A stretch of 57,003 nucleotides of DNA, counting the filler, from Platydemus manokwari (Eukaryota), in the NCBI GenBank assembly GCA_037951405.1. It is 6 parts of 6 records of this genome, joined end to end, with 100 filler letters (N's around TTAATTAATTAA, not from the genome) between each part and the next. Parts side by side here need not be neighbours in the genome. Positions count along the whole stretch, not along the records: positions 1 to 9,527 come from JBBMOY011236653.1; 5 more parts are not named here. The stretch is one strand, 5' to 3'. Positions 1 to 9,627 of the stretch are shown here, one piece after another (the stretch's first letter is position 1; each line of letters begins with the position of its first letter). The notes under the pieces were generated by a model. That model made no database searches, was not told the origin of the DNA, and worked only from the letters and a program-made list of their open reading frames with translations. Made by a program: the position numbers and the translations under genes.

Positions 1-334
1 CTGGTTGACAAGCTTGTATGATTATGTAGGTGTGTCAATGATTAAATTGCTAAAACAAGGGTTTCAAGGTACGAAATTGTTTTTCTTTTTCAAGATTTGG
101 TCTTCACTCAACACTTTCAAGGCTTCTAAATTAACTGTCAAATGTTTCGCATTAATATTATCAAGTATATAAACAAATATTTCAAGTCCGAGGAAGTGTT
201 GACTCTGCTCGGTGTTTTAACAAAATCTTTAATAAAATCATTATTAGATATTCCTACACACTAAGAAAATTAAGCTACGAAAGAAAATTGTTGATCTCAA
301 TAACAAGAAAAGATTTATTTTATTTGAAATTTAG

Positions 335-562
335 ACTTTCGATACAAATATCTGTCAAAATGTTGAATGGAGAAGTGATTCATGTAGAGATCAATAAAAA
401 TGTAAAAATTCTTGATCTAAAATTGAAAATCCAAAAACTGACAGCAATAAATTCAAACGACCAAAAACTGATGTTCAATGGGAGTAATTTGAGTGATGAA
501 TTAACTTTGGAACAATATGGAATCGTAGAGAAATCAGTGTTATTCCTTGTTCAACGATACCG
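335..562 (+). CDS. Ubiquitin-like domain exon (orphan member of the local UBL exon family; phase 2-2)
   Basis: Acceptor tttag|a (334/335) and donor cg|gtaaga (562/563). Encodes (R)LSIQISVKMLNGEVIHVEI...DQKLMFNGSNLSDELTLEQYGIVEKSVLFLVQRY(R), a clear beta-grasp ubiquitin-like pattern with the same intron position and phase as the 4806-6725 array. Confidence 0.8.
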
Positions 563-774
563 GTAAGATTGTCAAGGTATAATATTGTTTGATATTTTAT
601 ATGATTTAAGATTTTTCAATGAAACTTAGAAATGCTCTATATGAACACATATCAGTCAATAATTGAAATCCGATGGATATAATCAAACTTTTTTCACCTT
701 ATTTTATAATTTCAAAATATTTCTAATTTTTATTCACTACCAGATTTTTTTGTTATTTTATAGATAAAATATAC

Positions 775-827
<53 letters not shown>
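775..827. repeat. (TTA)17 microsatellite
   Basis: Perfect TTA run read directly from the sequence. Confidence 0.97.
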
Positions 828-1289
828 GTTAGGAACCAGTTAAGACTATAAACAAAGATCGATTTATTATTGATAAACAAACATTTCATTTTATGATACC
901 AATTACTGATTATAAATTATCACAAAATGACTCGCTACCGGTATAAGGTAGTTATAGTAGTATGTGTTTTATTTTGGGTTGTGATGGTGCTAAGATGCAC
1001 TTTATGAATCAATCAATGTATCACTTCACATTTTTCGTTTTGATATATCCACATCTTTAATTTTACACAACAGACTCGGGACATTCTCGAATGGATGTAC
1101 TTCCCACTCAAACATTATTCTATTCACAATTTTAATAATTATTTTAATAAATTTATAATGCCCAATTGTTAAATGCCAAGATATATCTAACCAGGTTATT
1201 GTGAGCATTTTAAATTAAATTAAAATTTTTAAAGATTTATTTTTATATAAATTTTAATGCTGTATAAAATATTTTTTTATAAAATCACA

Positions 1290-1345
1290 TTATTTTGTTT
1301 AAATAATTGTTTTCAAACATAATTTAATGTCGTGACTTTTTAGTT
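1290..1345. repeat. Dispersed AT-rich repeat, inverted copy near 37400-37460
   Basis: The reverse complement of 1321-1337 (AGTCACGACATTAAATT) matches 37406-37422, with looser similarity beyond. Boundaries approximate. Confidence 0.55.
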
Positions 1346-1387
1346 CGTTTTTAATGTGTGGTTTTTTAAATAGTAGCGGCTTAAGAC

Positions 1388-1830
1388 CATAAGTGAAAAG
1401 TCAAATTTATCACAGATCGATTGCATTTTCCTTCGAGTACTCGTATCAATCAATTTTCTTCTTTGAAATAGTAAGTTTAGTTCATGCGGGTTGATTATCA
1501 ATTTTCCTTGAATATTTGATTTCAATTCCAGTACCCCCAATAGACCGAATTTCCAACTCAAACACTGTTCAATCAATATTTTAAATAAGTATTTGCATCC
1601 AATCAGGTCTGCAATCCATAATAATCAAATGTCATATGATCTTAAATAATTTCTTTACCATAATTGAAGAGTCAAATTGATCACAGGTCGATCGGATATT
1701 CCACAATTCTCTAGTGTACGCTCATTTTCTAATACTCTTCTTGAAACGATAACCTTTGTGCTTCTGATGTAGCTCCAATTTATTCTACAACCATTATTGA
1801 ATTGATAAATTTCAAGCACAAATTCATTTA
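1388..1830 (-). pseudogene. Inverted two-exon ubiquitin-like pseudogene (paralog of the 4806-6725 array)
   Basis: Exon A (~1830-1659): FVLEI...E*IGATSEAQRLSFQ/[frameshift]RVLENERTLENCGISDRPVINLTLQL. A 50-nt GT-AG phase-2 intron at 1658-1609. Exon B (1608-1388): PDWMQILI*NID*TVFELEI/[fs]VLELKSNIQGKL...LLFQRRKL/[fs]DRSVINL. Shares CACAAAGGTTATCGTTTCAAG with array unit 2. Confidence 0.85.
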
Positions 1831-2699
1831 TATCAGGAATTTCTCTAGAATCTAGTGAAATGGAATATTGTACACCGCCGCATTTAAATTTCTTATTATC
1901 ATCTTTAATATTATAAATAGAATTATAAGGACTTATTGACATTAAACCAATTGCAAATTGAAATCTTTCATATAATCTTAAAGGTACACTAAAATTAAAT
2001 ATTTATTCTGATTTTGTTACTAGGGGATATTGCCACTGCACTATATTTTTGAGACAAAATATTGTGAGATATTATGTAAGGACAAGAATCAAACACGAAA
2101 TTATAATTCATTTACAAAATATAATCATAAGTTAAGGCAAATTATCAGAATATATAATAATAATATATATAATACATTGCAAAATAATGATATTTTCCAT
2201 ACAGTTGACTGATAAATTATCCTCAAACTTTAAGAATCAATATTAAATACTCGAGATACTTCTTACATTTGACTAATGAGTATAAATGCTGCAGAGTTTT
2301 AAAGGTGTAGAAAACATAATGATTTTTTATAAATATTTTCCATTGATATTGAGTTTTAAAAATCAAATCTGAAGAACAAGACTTACGAACAGAAATGTAT
2401 TTTAGCATTTATGTAATGCCATAATTGCTGTCAAATTCAGAATTTTTTCATAATTTCGAAATTTATTTGGATAATTTTTAACAGAAAGATCTAATAAGCA
2501 TTATCAAAGGTTTTGTTTTCAATGCTCATTTTTTGGCTTTAAGAAATGCAAATTAAATATTTTGAAAAACAATTTTTATAATAATAACCACTATTATTTT
2601 TTACGTCATAAACAATAATGGAAAAAATTAAATTACGAAATCTGGACGAATTCTCAAACCTGTTCCAGATAGATGGATACATAATTATTATTCAAACCA

Positions 2700-3100
2700 A
2701 GAATTAGTCCATATGTTAGGATCTAAATCCACAATGAGTCACATAACGACATATTACGCCCACAAGCATAATCAAATAATTAAAATTCCCAAAAGAAATG
2801 AAATCCTATAAATAGAATTTAATAATTACAAAAATAGATTAGAAACTAAAAATAGAATTTTAAAATTCCAGAAATAGAAAAATCGTGATTGGCCACAGTT
2901 ATAACGAAAATTAGTATAAAAGCAGCCGGAGAAACAGAAAAAATCGCCAAAAAGTTACTACAAATAAACATTTATTCGATTAAAGCAGTTATCTAGCAGG
3001 AAACCACGATGAACGACAGAAAATTAATCAGCAAAGAGACAAGCATAGAAATCTCCTCCGCAAGATAACCGATTTAGACAGCGAGGTACAGACCGAATTA
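2700..3100 (+). repeat. LTR-like dispersed repeat, copy 1
   Basis: Colinear blocks (ACGCCCACAA...ATCCTATAAATAGA...AGAATTTTAAAATT) shared with the minus strand of ~13000-13450. Contains a CCTATAAATA TATA-like box. Boundaries approximate. Confidence 0.55.
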
Positions 3101-4762
3101 TTGATTGTCATTTTCATACCGTGTCTAGAGATTCGGTATTAATTAACACTATCTTCGTTTTCTTCCTTCTTTTTAATAATTTTTACTCATTGTGCGGTTC
3201 ACCCGTATTGCGAGTCTTGGTTAAGTGAGCCACACTTCCCCAGTTCTTTGTTAACACATCTAAACTAATTTTATTCTTTTGTTATTGTAGTGATTTTGAT
3301 AAATAATTATATTTTTAGTATCACTGTGTTATCATTATTTATTATATTAATATTTATAAACTACTTATAACATACTTCAATCGAACGCAGTCAATCGTCT
3401 GGAGTTCAGTTGGCACCCTAAGCGAGCATCGTCATAATCAATAAACACGCAGCACTATTCACCCAATAGAAAAAACCAATACATATGTGATTGACTCTTG
3501 AATATTGATTATAAGCTTCTCGTATTAGCTTATTATGACTGTTTGCGTCGAATTTTAATTATCGAAACATTTTAGTCTGATTGCCATTATTTTTTATTAT
3601 TATTGCCGTTTTTTGAATATTTATTGCTTTATTATTTATGTGCCTGTTATTATTTAATGTTTATTTAATTAATTTTTTTATTATTAATGCCATCAATTCA
3701 ACCAAGCTCTTATCTTCTCACATTGAAAACAAAACAGTAAAATATTCATATGATAATAATGTATTCAATAGTAGTGAAACAATTTTTCATAAATTTTATA
3801 ATCAAATGTTAAAACATAAATTAAATTTCTATTACAATCAATTTTTCCAGTGATATTAGTATGGTACGGCTTATGTTTATTTAAGACTGAGCTGATCTGA
3901 GAGATGGGTTTGTTTTAAGATTTGTTTTTGATTGAGCTTAAACGCTTCAATATATACAAAACTCAAGAATTTTTTCTAAAAAATTAACATTCATCTCCGT
4001 AAGCATCAATTCCCTCATTTGGCATGTTGTAAAATTATAAACGAGTTAAGTTAATTAAAAATGGTATTTGTATTTTGTATCAACGTGTATCGTTGTTCTG
4101 TATCTGTACGAAACAAATGAACGTTATTCATACAAAATTGGAAATGAATTAGTAAATTAATTTAAAAAGTAGAGCCCAATATGCTAAATTCGAACCCAGA
4201 TAAATTTGAAGTTATTTCAGATTCATTAATCACTTAATCATGGGTACATGATTTGGTCTAATTTTGATTTAATATCATCATGCCCCTCACAAATAATTTG
4301 ATTTACTCGGCTCAAATAAAATTGTAGATGTCATCAGATTTACTGTCCTGGTGAAATTTTCTTGAATTTTATTTGGATATCGTAGATATAAACTCACCAC
4401 TTAATTTATGGTTTGCAATAACATTAACTCTAAATTAATAACTTTTTATCATTAACAATAGCCTTATTATAATCATCACTGCTGTTGTTTTACTATAACA
4501 TTATAATCATCATTATTTGAATCACATTTTCCGATTTTTATGATTATGTGTGTTGGAGTTTTCTTAATGCAATAATTACTTTAAAATATAAATTACAATA
4601 AAATAATAAATATTTTTCTTATAAATTTTTTGATATTGGATAATTTGAATATGATTGCATTTAATGTATTTAATGATGCTTATACGAATACTTATGATTT
4701 AATGATTTACAATAATTTGTTATCTTCTACATTATATTATTATGGATTTATAATGAGAATAA

Positions 4763-4769
4763 TATAAAA
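4763..4769 (+). promoter_or_regulatory. Possible TATA box of the multi-UBL gene
   Basis: TATAAAA about 34 nt upstream of an initiator-like TCAG (4795-4798) and 43 nt upstream of ATG 4806, which has an in-frame TAG immediately before it. Weak evidence in AT-rich DNA. Confidence 0.3.
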
Positions 4770-4805
4770 GTATTGTAGAAACTGGCCTTAAAATTCAGAG
4801 TTTAG

Positions 4806-5026
4806 ATGCAAATAGTTATTGAAACTATTGATGGTAATACAATTTTATTGGACACATATGAATCCATTTCGATCAAACAATTGAAATTAACAATTCAAGA
4901 CAAAACCGAAACCCAACCAGATGAACAAAAGTTAGTCTTTCAAGGAAGAATATTAAATGATGAGAGTACTTTGAATGAAAACGGGATATTCGATCAATCT
5001 GTGATAAATTTGTTGAGGATTTTAGG
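4806..5026 (+). CDS. UBL array exon 1 (ubiquitin-like domain)
   Basis: MQIVIETIDGNTILLD...EQKLVFQGRILNDESTLNENGIFDQSVINLLRIL; donor gg|gtaaat at 5027. Confidence 0.85.
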
Positions 5027-6725
5027 GTAAATAATTGATTTGAGATCACTCGATATCTAATTGATTATTAATGATATGGTTGGATGCAAATATTTATTAC
5101 AATTATGAATGAAAAACCATTATTATTGGAAATACATGAATCCATGACTGTCAAGCAATTGAAATTAAAACTTGAAGAAAAAATTGGAGCTAAACTAAAA
5201 TCACAAAGGTTATCGTTTCAAGGAGGAGAGTTAGCAGATGAGTATAGCCTCGAGGATTACCGAATATATGATCGATCTGTGATCAGTTTGAATATCGAAT
5301 CAAGGCAATAATGTGATTTGAGATGATTTGACATTCAATAATTGTCTATTGCAGAGGCAATGCCTTGGGAATAATTATTGAAACTGGATGGAAAATCGTT
5401 TGCATTGGAAATGTGCCAGTTGGATACGGTTCGGCAGCTGAAATATGAAATTGATGAAAAAATCAAGGCCAGACCAGATGATCAAAAATTAGTTTTTAAA
5501 GGAGGAATATTGGAAGGTGATGAGCGCTCATTGGATGAATGCGGAATACGCGATAAATCTGTGATAAATCTGGTGACGAGATTGAGGTGATTTGATGGTT
5601 TTGAGATGATTTATTGATTGATCGCCACACAGAGGTGATCCGATCAGTGTGTTTATCAAAGTCAGGTACAACGATGAGTTCGTGTTGGAAATGCACCAGC
5701 TGCACAGGGTTGAAGAGTTGAAATCAAAAATTCAAGACAAAATTGGAATCGAACCAGCAGCTCAACGATTATTGTTTCGTGGAGAAGAAATGGCAAATGA
5801 TCGCACTCTGAAGGATTACAGCATATGCGATGAATCTGTGATTGATTTGGTGAGATTATTGAGGTAATCACGTTGATTGGGATTAATTGCGGGGGTGGGG
5901 GTGTTTAATATGCTATATAGGCCGGGTTGGATTCGAATATCAGTGAAAACAATGGACGGCAAAACGGTTGGCTTTAAAATACCTCACTGCTACAAGATCC
6001 AGCAATTGAAATACAAAATTCGAGACAAACTAGAATTGTCCACAGATGATCAGCGATTGATATTTCAAGGACGAGTGTTAGCGGATGACGAAACGGTGAT
6101 GGGGTGTGGCATACGCGATCAATTTGAGATAAGTTTGACACTTCAATTACGGTAATGAAATGGTTGTGGAATCATTTTATCAATAATTATTCAATAATTA
6201 GACGTTCCCGATCTGGTTGGATGGAAATATTCATCAAAACTGTTGATGGAAAAGCGTTTCCATTGGAAGCATGTCCATTGGATAAGGTCGACCAATTGAA
6301 ATCCAAAATTCAACTGGTAATCGGAACCGATCCTGATGAACAAAAGCTTGTGTTTCAAGGAGTTAAATTAGAAAACGGACGTTCATTGGAGGATTACAGA
6401 ATAGGCGATCAATCTGTGATAAATTTGATTCGATTAATGAAGTATCGATCGATATGAGTTTGAGATGATTTGGTATTCAATTATTGGATGTTACAGCAGT
6501 GGGATGGAAATATTTCTCCAAACGGCAGATGGGAAAAAGCTCGCAATAGAAGTCTTTAAAAAACAAACAATCCGCGATATAAAAAGGAAAAATGAAGAAA
6601 AATGGGGAATAAGTGCCGATGAGCAACGGTTCATATTCCAGGCCACAATTCTCGAAGATGATAAGGCAGTGGAGAATTATAATATTCGTGAGAAAGACAC
6701 TGTTATGCTGTGGTGGGTTTTATAA
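4806..6725 (+). CDS. Tandem multi-ubiquitin-like domain protein, 7 UBL exons (4806-5026, ~5078-5304, 5355-5586, 5633-5863, 5921-6151, 6202-6441, 6497-6725)
   Basis: Seven consecutive divergent UBL units (MxIxIxTxDG...Q[KR]LxFQG..L.D...L..YGI.D.SVINL). Introns 5305-5354 (GC-AG), 5587-5632, 5864-5920, 6152-6201 and 6442-6496 are phase 2 and fall in the R74-equivalent codon. Units 4-7 splice in frame. AATAAA at 6859. Confidence 0.85.
5084..5304 (+). CDS. UBL array exon 2 (intact domain but acceptor apparently lost; GC donor)
   Basis: MQIFITIMNEKPLLLEI...SQRLSFQGGELADEYSLEDYRIYDRSVISL. No AG at the expected acceptor position and an in-frame TGA at 5072. Donor is ag|gcaata at 5305. Confidence 0.7.
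5355..5586 (+). CDS. UBL array exon 3 (frameshifted near its 5' end)
   Basis: Acceptor ttgcag| at 5354. Reads GNALGIIIET, then changes frame near 5385 to DGKSFALEMCQLD...DQKLVFKGG...SVINLVTRL. Exon is 232 nt, not a multiple of 3. Confidence 0.7.
5633..5863 (+). CDS. UBL array exon 4
   Basis: acacag|a ggt gat ccg gives GDPISVFIKVRYNDEFVLEM...AQRLLFRGEEMANDRTLKDYSICDESVIDLVRLL; donor ag|gtaatc; 231 nt. Confidence 0.85.
5921..6151 (+). CDS. UBL array exon 5
   Basis: atatag|g ccg ggt tgg gives PGWIRISVKTMDGKTVGF...DQRLIFQGRVLADDETVMGCGIRDQFEISLTLQL; donor cg|gtaatg; 231 nt. Confidence 0.85.
6202..6441 (+). CDS. UBL array exon 6
   Basis: aattag|a cgt tcc gives RSRSGWMEIFIKTVDGKAFPLE...EQKLVFQGVKLENGRSLEDYRIGDQSVINLIRLM; donor aa|gtatcg; 240 nt. 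Confidence 0.85.
6497..6725 (+). CDS. UBL array exon 7 (terminal)
   Basis: NAGNAG acceptor ttacag|cag| gives SGMEIFLQTADGKKLAIEV...EQRFIFQATILEDDKAVENYNIREKDTVMLWWVL*; no C-terminal GG. Confidence 0.85.
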
Positions 6726-9527
6726 TGTTACTTTAGATAACACATCTAAAGGAGCTCAAAATGGCAAAAATCAATAAGTTGTTATAATAATTGTGATTAG
6801 AATCTGATTCCAGTAGGTGCAGTCTTTAACAGAAATCTAACACAGTTACATATTTATAAATAAATAAAAATAAATACAAACACAGATCAATAAAATATAA
6901 TTGCGGGACAAATTAAATTACGATACGGAATTATTTAGTAAAATAATAAACAAATAACAATGAATTAATTGAGACTAATTTAATTAATTATTGATAGTGT
7001 TATTGGTTTTTGTGTGAAATTTAAGATGCTGGAGAGCTATAAGATTCCTGTTTGCCGATGGCTTTATATATATTATGGCATGATCGTCTGATAACCACGA
7101 AATAGTCACTATATATTGACTCAGATAGTAAAGTGAAAGTATAGTGACTTATATCGATCACTTTAAAGGTATATTTATTGGATTTTTGCATGGACGTTTG
7201 TAATCATTGTTCTTATTGGCTTTGAAATTTGAAGGTAATCGATTTGAATTTAAAGGTCGATTTCTTTAGAAACTGATCCTAGTCTTATACCTCTCACTCA
7301 ACCACTCATATTTCTAGAGCCATCTCGTTAATTTTTCAATCATTACATTTTCGTAAAGTCATCGCATCTTTAATGGATATCTGTACTTCTAACGTTATTA
7401 AATTGTATTTAATCCATATATTTTCTGGAACATTCGCTATAACAATAATAAAATAAAATAATTGTGATATATAATATTCAACCAAATGTAAGGGACATTT
7501 TTCACTAATTTTAAAATTATTAAAATTAATTCAAAATATAACACTAATAATAAAATTCTACATTATAAAGCCATCTTAAAATAACACCAATATTATAAAT
7601 AATAAATTTAGTGAGATGTTAATGTTCTTGAATTGAATTTACTTGTTTCTGGTTCTGTTTTAAAAATTGACACCACACTACATTATTTGGGTACTGATGC
7701 AGCAAAACATTCATTACGAATTGAATAGAATATAATAATTTGATGATTGATTGGAAGAAATTGCAGATGGGAAATTGCAAGATCAGAGACTATAGTCTGG
7801 TTTAAACAAAAACATGTGTTGGAAAGTTTATTGTTGGAAAATTCAATATATTTACTTTTTGAAGTGTTTATTTTTGTTTGTAATGTTGGTCATTCTCAAT
7901 CTTTTGAGCATCTGATAAACCATAATAGTTCAATGTTTTAAATGTTGATACATCGAATTATTAATGTCAATATAAATTCTGATCATTTGCTAGTTTAACT
8001 TTGACCTAAGTGAACATGTGCTATATAAATAACTAGAAAATAGTGAGAATATATTGCGATTAGCATATGAATTAAGTCACGTTATATGAAATAAATAAAA
8101 GTCAAGTTCAATAACTGATTTATATATAATAAATTTTAATATACGTAAAAGTTCATTGCTCTATTTAAATGAAAATAATAAAAGGATTCCACTTCCAAGA
8201 CTGCTGTGGTGTTAAATTTCATTATACCTTGGTAGTAAAATCTCTGGTAATAAATGTCACTTATACAATTGTAAACAAATCAAGTCAGTCAAAGATCGTA
8301 AGCCGATTATTTTCTCATTTTATCCCTGAGTTTTATATAAGCCAGATCAATCTTGCATTTGGAGATAAATAATAATCTAATTATTTTGTCTTCTGCTTTT
8401 AATCTCTTTAACTTTTCTAATTATTTAAATTATAATACTTTATTTAATAACTTTATTAAATATCTGAACAAAATACTGTCAGGCCTGAATCTTGATAGAA
8501 GATTTCTAAATTACTTGATGGATAGACATGGTGAGTTCATTATTTACTTCTTCAATTTTTTGAAATAGATCAAGAAGACAGAGAAATTCATGGATTCCGA
8601 AATAATTTTTTTAAACGGCTACTATCAAAGCGTGGAATTCTTAAAATTCTTGAGTCAGTTATATCGAAATTTGTCATATAAATTTTTTTCAGCTTTTTAT
8701 AAACCGTACTTATTTAATTTTCTTTTCATAACTCGTCATTAGCAATCGACTTGAATTGTTGTTGTCCACATATAATATTCAATAGTTAGCTTGTGTTCTC
8801 ATTTCTACCCAATCCATTCTTAAATAGTAATTTTTCGCAGCAGGAAGCAAATTTTGATGATTTGAGAAAATTCTTAATTTCTTCTCTATTAAATCCAGGT
8901 GATGTAATTAATTAATGTGATACGTTATTCAGAATTTAAATTTTTTTAATTCTAAATTATTTCAAAAAAAATTCGCCGATGCAATAAAATCATTTTTATC
9001 TTTGAACCAAACAAAGTGTTTCAAAATAATAGTGACAATTTCAAAATAATTATATAATTGGGCATCTTTTAATAAAATATCATTTAAAAATTATAAACGG
9101 AAATCTAGGTTATTCCAAGAGTTTATGGCTGATTATTAAAAATTGCTTATGAAGTAAAAATGATTTTACTACTTGAGTATTTAAAGATCCTATAGCGTTT
9201 TTACACAGTTATTTACGTGATAGTCATAACTCAAAATTGAACTGATTTAAAAGAGAAATTAGGAAACTTTTCTTATCTCCCTTACTTGTCACCCTTTTAG
9301 ACAAGTCTTCAAAAACAGGATGCAACCACCAAGTGAATATGTAAGGGAATTACAATTGTCTTTCAGCTGATAAATTTGACTGAGATAAGGCAACCTGATT
9401 ACAGGACACTCGAAAGAATCTATGAAAGGGTTATTACTTTTTATACTAGGAAACTTAATTTGTGTATAAACCGCTACTTGTTAATGAAACACAGATTTGT
9501 AACTAACTGATAAGTTCTGACAAGATA

Positions 9528-9627
9528 NNNNNNNNNNNNNNNNNNNNNNNNNNNNNNNNNNNNNNNNNNNNTTAATTAATTAANNNNNNNNNNNNNNNNN
9601 NNNNNNNNNNNNNNNNNNNNNNNNNNN
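9528..9627. other. Artificial contig-joining linker (44 N + TTAATTAATTAA + 44 N)
   Basis: Exactly 100 nt. The central palindrome gives stops in all six frames. Identical at five sites. Confidence 0.97.

Noticed and set aside
5496-5871. Antisense ORFs over the UBL array (likewise 15893-16178, 32691-32903, 39370-39555, 42508-42817, 55907-56113)
   Set aside because: Shadow frames of real exons or transposase relics on the other strand; no recognisable motifs.
4806-6725. Prokaryote- or virus-style operon of seven small UBL genes (close spacing, TAATG overlap at 6153-6157)
   Set aside because: Most of the stops coincide with GT donors, the spacers end in AG acceptors that restore frame, and the apparent TTG/GTG starts and N-terminal extensions are intron or linker sequence. 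The context is clearly eukaryotic.
4806-6725. Canonical polyubiquitin, NEDD8 or SUMO locus
   Set aside because: Units are highly divergent from ubiquitin and from each other, and lack LRGG junctions.
7747-7941. IGRNC... as the missing CHFR FHA domain
   Set aside because: Only the GR dipeptide fits, with no SxxH or NGT motifs, upstream stops, and a different contig.
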